In this document: in pieces, positions 39,101 through 42,656 of the stretch
Layout: each line of letters begins with the position of its first letter
Position numbering within the stretch: position 1 is the stretch's first letter
Assembly (NCBI GenBank): GCA_048938445.1
Contig: JBHLME010000024.1
Coordinates: forward strand, 1-42,656
Direction: 5' to 3'
Origin: Promethearchaeota archaeon
GTDB lineage: Archaea > Asgardarchaeota > Lokiarchaeia > Sigyniarchaeales > SOKP01
Length of the DNA: 42,656 nt
Made by a program: the position numbers and the translations under genes
Notes under the pieces: model-generated
What the model was told of the DNA's origin: nothing
Seen by the model: only the letters and a program-made list of their open reading frames with translations
The model's database searches: none

Positions 39101-40589
39101 TGATATAGTTCCTTTATATGATGGAATTTATAGTGTTACCCTTGATACTTCTTTAGAAATAGAAAGTGGCCTGGCTTGGACGGCAAGGACTTATGATGCT
39201 ATTATTACAGGTACCTCACCAGGATTTGATACTGCTGTTCAAACATTAAATATAAGAATCACTCCATTATCTACGAGGATTACGACTAATACGAGTAGTA
39301 TCACAGCAATCTGGGAAGAAGTATTTGATATCTATGTTCATTATGAATATAATAATTCAGGAGTCTGGACGGGAATCACAGGAGCGGAAGTAAATTTTGT
39401 CGAATCACTATATAGAGTTGGTCCTACAACCATGTCTCATGTTGGAAATGGGTGGTATAAACTTTCAATCAGTACTACTGAGTTTCCTAATGTTGGTATT
39501 TTTAATTTAGATGCAATTGCATCCTTACAAGATTATCAAACTATCAAATTATCGGATTATTCTCCCTCGAGAGTAATTAGCTTAACGATTAATGAGATTC
39601 CAACAAAAATTAATGGCTCCTCCTATGGTTTTCCTTACTTCAGTGATCTTGATATTTATCTCGGAGAATCAGTTATATTTTATTTTGAATATAGTTCAGC
39701 TTTAACTGATGTTGGAATACCTGATGCTTCAGTAATAGCTTCTAGTACATTGGAAAATATCGCAAGTGGCACTATAATATCAGAGAAAACTTTAACTACT
39801 GAGGGAAATGGAATATATTCAGTTGACTTTAATACTGCTACATTGAAAGTTGGTGAATATAGAATAATGGCAACTATAAAAGAAGTTTATTATAAGCAAG
39901 TAGTAGCATATGTTAATCTCGAGATTAAAAAACGGGATTTTTCAACTACAGCACTAACATTTTATTCAGTTGTTTCTGGTGCTCCTGAGGGATTATTAAT
40001 TGAGATTTGTCTTGTAGATAAATTATCAAACAATCCGATAACAGATATTTCTCCAGGAAGGATGAATATAACATTTTTAGGTCAGATTTTTAATTTTGAA
40101 CATAAAGGTGCGGGATGTTATGAAGCACGAATTACAAATATTCCTGCGGGTGTATTAGTGTTTCCTGAATTATATAATGCAACAATTAGAATAAGTCGAG
40201 AAAATTATACTACAATTGAAGATAGAATAACAATACATGTAGCACTAACAGAAATTTTTCCAGGAATGCCCTTAATTTTCTTCTTGTTTATTATTGCCGC
40301 AGCTATCATAGTAGTTGCTAGTGTGGTGACTTATAGAGTCATCCAAGTGCGTAGAATCCCAAAATTCATTAAAAAATCAAAAAATTTGATAAAAGCAATC
40401 TCATCTGAAAGTAATATCTCTGATTCCTTAATGTATCCTTCAAAAGAAGCATTTATAGCAAAGAAATTTGCTGATAATTGGAAAATTCATGATTTATCCC
40501 TTTCTGAAATAATGGGAATAGGAAAAGGTAAGAGATCAAAAAAATTACCCGAAGATAAACTAACAGATGCGAAAGGAGGTGTTGCATGA
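36165..40589 (+). CDS. Large surface glycoprotein: signal/TM, DUF2341-like region, LamG, Ig-like repeats, TM, ~80-aa cytoplasmic tail
   Basis: WWNTTWSSRI; WTMTAWINP..GTWTFIAL..FDGAVDEVRFFNTILS (LamG); repeated GxY strands; many NxS/T sequons; TM then RRIPKF. Confidence 0.88.
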   Translation: MNKNRTTKLKHLVFILFFAISTLTTGVLINFSAFNSNLSGLEDIANPDDLADVVTRSSGITHVGEILPLEEWWNTTWSSRIGIKVENLYNYDRYDPVSIYMTFGSNDYVDGTERLVSYNHTGNNEWSDPIPIQVWNKSLSSGYVQSCTITFLANVSKNSNSTYYFYYNSNDNDIDTSYDYNTGFTNSYNGTALTVIKNGDYGSIYKLKLEQGKGVHSLQNVNIGTGGTNYHNVYSLAPELYYQPPDSTPPTPLVNIKMSEGSGINVADQAGSPGPAGTGTLQNAGADPESEWITGIEDSALNFTSSNAEHVQFGGVLENTGEPFESGATTWTMTAWINPTSLSTQSTPMGTQNVFVSKADNTIEEIFEIGVTSDGRIAIHLDCGNGPSDSLFDNTFGVTSKVQTGTWTFIALKVDLTLTDNAVGIRFNNEAGAWKYGSNVWNKANGIDDPNGCGFNIGASLDGTTPVYFDGAVDEVRFFNTILSDNQLNAVYNSTNPERLYTSNITSITPVNVGQVFSKYTVEWSQIQDMHVTDTCTFYWDYNLWNIERVISFDQPYDNNDTMIPMNTYYSFYSSSPGGVKYIYDDQVTTGISTAGNVIDPINYTVIHDTAGLSKYAFGIFTTNWTLSDVGTMEMNYFNGSVAYEDSSVKMYPGRNNDFDNGGGPQTKKLTIKFWEFIDVVTNTTNEQLINHFKMINTRLHYPLNIYLYKSESLKYDIKVYVENHDGRPVPMATVWIWNQSNTAINWSDQTDESGYATFTDFRNGTIYEIRPIYELNSTVSIEITSTKTLTDLAGNVNSMGIYQENFTDVSLTSLEINCSKNNTPMNSAYLKNVRYYYNQTSTILLGDIQANSSGVAIIRWRNSTIDGNVSFTLEWAGQAQNPLHCNEDEDGFDDASITLNFTAFARHNVTVLSGTWENYTTRIEPINDITCQLRKSFTITLNFSYYENGIYKAGLNGTVSMNLKLDGLVINTNPILLSDIVPLYDGIYSVTLDTSLEIESGLAWTARTYDAIITGTSPGFDTAVQTLNIRITPLSTRITTNTSSITAIWEEVFDIYVHYEYNNSGVWTGITGAEVNFVESLYRVGPTTMSHVGNGWYKLSISTTEFPNVGIFNLDAIASLQDYQTIKLSDYSPSRVISLTINEIPTKINGSSYGFPYFSDLDIYLGESVIFYFEYSSALTDVGIPDASVIASSTLENIASGTIISEKTLTTEGNGIYSVDFNTATLKVGEYRIMATIKEVYYKQVVAYVNLEIKKRDFSTTALTFYSVVSGAPEGLLIEICLVDKLSNNPITDISPGRMNITFLGQIFNFEHKGAGCYEARITNIPAGVLVFPELYNATIRISRENYTTIEDRITIHVALTEIFPGMPLIFFLFIIAAAIIVVASVVTYRVIQVRRIPKFIKKSKNLIKAISSESNISDSLMYPSKEAFIAKKFADNWKIHDLSLSEIMGIGKGKRSKKLPEDKLTDAKGGVA

Positions 40590-41728
40590 TGCCAATAGGA
40601 ATAATAATAATGAGATGGGATGATTTAGTTGGAAACGTCATAGAAAACAGGTATCCTCAAGAAATTAATGTAACAGACCAAACATTAATGCATGTCTATA
40701 GCACTCATGAATATAGCGGAGATATGGGAATCATTAGTTTAATGGTAGGTTCCTTAAACATTGCCTCTTACTATACAGGTCCCGACAAAGGAATTTACAT
40801 TTTGTTATTAATGAATCTAGACGAGGACCCTGATGCATATGAGGGAGGATTAGCGGATGCATCTAGAACCATATTACAAGCTTTAGAAGATGATTCCGTT
40901 GATAAAGTATTACCTGACCTTTACAGGCGCTTGGCGGTTTATCCAACACTAAACATGGAACAACAACTAGCAATCACGTATCAAGATGAGATAAAGCGAA
41001 AAATAATAAACAGGTTAAGAGAAGAAGGAGTCGTATCAAAATCAGAATTGATGATTTGGTTAAAAGATAAATTTAAAGAAGGCTTTGTTGATATTGATGG
41101 AGTTATAATTGATTTAGTAAAACGTGAAATAATCAAGGAGGCTTCAGTAAAGGGAATGCTTTCAGAATTAGTCTTTTTAATCAATGATATCGTGATGATT
41201 CGTGTCCCTCCTTTAAAATTATTGACAAATCCTGCGGATAGGGGCTTGCCAGAAGCATTAGTTCAAGACTATAAAACAGAATCAAAGAAATTCTTTACAA
41301 ATTATCAACCAACAGATGAAGATAACTTGAGTATCATAGAAATCTTTAATGATCCTCAAGTTTATGAAACACTTCGTTTATTAAGGACAGCAATAGTAAC
41401 TAAAAATGACCTTGAAAAACTGAAGAAGAAAGGTGTTGATGAGATTGATGAGGTTTTAAAGAGGTTATGGGGTTTACAATTGGTACACGTATTTCGAGAT
41501 GAACAAAATGTCGAATATTATGGTCTAATTGGCGATTTTCATATAGACCTAATGTTTCCAAAATATCAATTTCAAGTGATTAAGGCAGAATATGAACAAA
41601 AATCAAAAGCGAATAAAGTCCTAATTGAATATGTTAAGGTACTTCAAGATGCATATTATACTATGAGATCAGCTAAAAAATCTGCAAAAAAAGAGAAAAA
41701 ATCAAAAATTAGCAAGACAGAAGCATAA
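40586..41728 (+). CDS. uDENN/longin-like N-terminal domain plus winged-helix-like C-terminal domains
   Basis: IIMRWDDLVGNVIENRYP resembles the uDENN (F/W)DxxxGPxxxxxYP motif; ATGA overlap with the upstream gene. Confidence 0.7.
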   Translation: MMPIGIIIMRWDDLVGNVIENRYPQEINVTDQTLMHVYSTHEYSGDMGIISLMVGSLNIASYYTGPDKGIYILLLMNLDEDPDAYEGGLADASRTILQALEDDSVDKVLPDLYRRLAVYPTLNMEQQLAITYQDEIKRKIINRLREEGVVSKSELMIWLKDKFKEGFVDIDGVIIDLVKREIIKEASVKGMLSELVFLINDIVMIRVPPLKLLTNPADRGLPEALVQDYKTESKKFFTNYQPTDEDNLSIIEIFNDPQVYETLRLLRTAIVTKNDLEKLKKKGVDEIDEVLKRLWGLQLVHVFRDEQNVEYYGLIGDFHIDLMFPKYQFQVIKAEYEQKSKANKVLIEYVKVLQDAYYTMRSAKKSAKKEKKSKISKTEA

Positions 41729-41845
41729 TTTATAATAAAATAATATCATTTTTTTAAAAATTCTTATTTTTTTTTTTACAGAAGTTTTATAAACTAAATC
41801 TTTTATTAATTTTTTATAATATAGAAAAAAAATATATTAGGTATA

Positions 41846-42656
41846 ATGCTTAGACAGGTTTTCATAGTAAAAAGAAACGAAGTCATATATAGTAGGGTTT
41901 TTGGGAATGCTTTAATTAATTCTGAAATGGAAGATCTTTCATTTAAAATTCAAGCTGAAACAAAAAAAAAGTTAGCAAAACTTATCGGATATTATGATTA
42001 TTTAAAATATAGGATCGCTTATCTCATAGATATTGAATCCGACTTAATTTTTGTTTTTGTTACAGGACTGATGGATGATTTTTTTAGGTATGTGAGACCT
42101 GAGCTCGTTAATTTTAAAAATAGATTTGTTAAAATGTTCAAACTCGAAATAGTTAAAAAACAATTAGATCCTTCAAAATTTAACAATCTAGATTCTATTA
42201 TTGATGAAATGCATCAAAATATCCCTACTAAAATAGCAGTAGTGGGTTTTGCAGGAGTAGGTAAAACTACGATTAAATCACTTATCAAAATGGATCAATT
42301 ACCACTTCAACATATTCCTACAATTTCAGGAGATGTTGCTACAATACAAGTTGGCAAGTTAAAGTTTAGATTATTTGATTTTGCGGGTCAGGATGAATTC
42401 AAATATTTATGGAAGGGATTTCTCAGAGGTAGTCAAGCGGTATTAGTAGTTACTGACTCAACTCAATCAAATTTAGATAAAAGTATGTTCTTTATGGATT
42501 TAATACAAAGTGAAGTCCCTCATGCTCGTTCAGCGATTATTGGTAATAAGCAAGATCTTCGCGGAGCCTTAACAATTGAAAAAATTGAAAACTTTTTTAA
42601 ATTGAAAACATATCCCATGGTTGCAAATCGCAGGGAAAATAGAAATAAAATGATTA
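41846..42656 (+). CDS. Longin-like domain fused to an Arf-like small GTPase (truncated by the window end; not in ORF track)
   Basis: Manual translation: MLRQVFIVKRNEVIYSRVFG..LIFVFVTG.., then VGFAGVGKTT, PTI, FDFAGQ, GNKQD. Confidence 0.9.
   Translation, partial: MLRQVFIVKRNEVIYSRVFGNALINSEMEDLSFKIQAETKKKLAKLIGYYDYLKYRIAYLIDIESDLIFVFVTGLMDDFFRYVRPELVNFKNRFVKMFKLEIVKKQLDPSKFNNLDSIIDEMHQNIPTKIAVVGFAGVGKTTIKSLIKMDQLPLQHIPTISGDVATIQVGKLKFRLFDFAGQDEFKYLWKGFLRGSQAVLVVTDSTQSNLDKSMFFMDLIQSEVPHARSAIIGNKQDLRGALTIEKIENFFKLKTYPMVANRRENRNKMI

Noticed and set aside
2977-41184. Many short antisense or overlapping ORFs in the track (e.g. 2977, 6089, 7220, 11866, 14923, 16546, 29675, 32399-33652, 33761, 40981)
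   Set aside because: They are shadows of well-supported genes and carry no motifs
1-42656. tRNA, rRNA, transposase or integrase
   Set aside because: No GC-rich cloverleaf or rRNA-like segment and no recombinase motifs seen by eye; tRNAscan-SE and Infernal would be needed for certainty

Overview
AT-rich archaeal window, almost certainly Asgard (Lokiarchaeia-like), judged from archaeal-type information-processing genes together with eukaryotic signature proteins: a profilin-like domain, longin/uDENN-like proteins and two Arf-like small GTPases. The backbone is the conserved archaeal replication/transcription/translation neighbourhood (rps27e, TFS, an OB-fold RPA-like subunit, PCNA, priL-priS-GINS, nop10, aIF2-alpha, DUF99, RNase III-like, rpoL), plus EF-1alpha. 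It is broken into blocks of mixed orientation and interleaved with accessory genes. Best candidates for new biology: (1) at the right end, a 1474-aa surface protein with a cytoplasmic tail overlapping a uDENN/longin-wHTH protein, followed by a longin-GTPase fusion missing from the ORF track; (2) five stand-alone CxxC..HxxC (PARP-zinc-finger-like) mini-proteins, three in a ~670-690 bp tandem unit with a conserved palindromic upstream site; (3) a membrane-anchored LVIVD/FN3 protein with a Ser/Thr-rich domain reminiscent of beta-pore-forming proteins; (4) an N-terminally extended TBP paralog, a TFS-like zinc-ribbon neighbour and a profilin fusion. I saw no rRNA, tRNA, CRISPR array or transposase. 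All family calls come from motif recognition by eye, not database searches.
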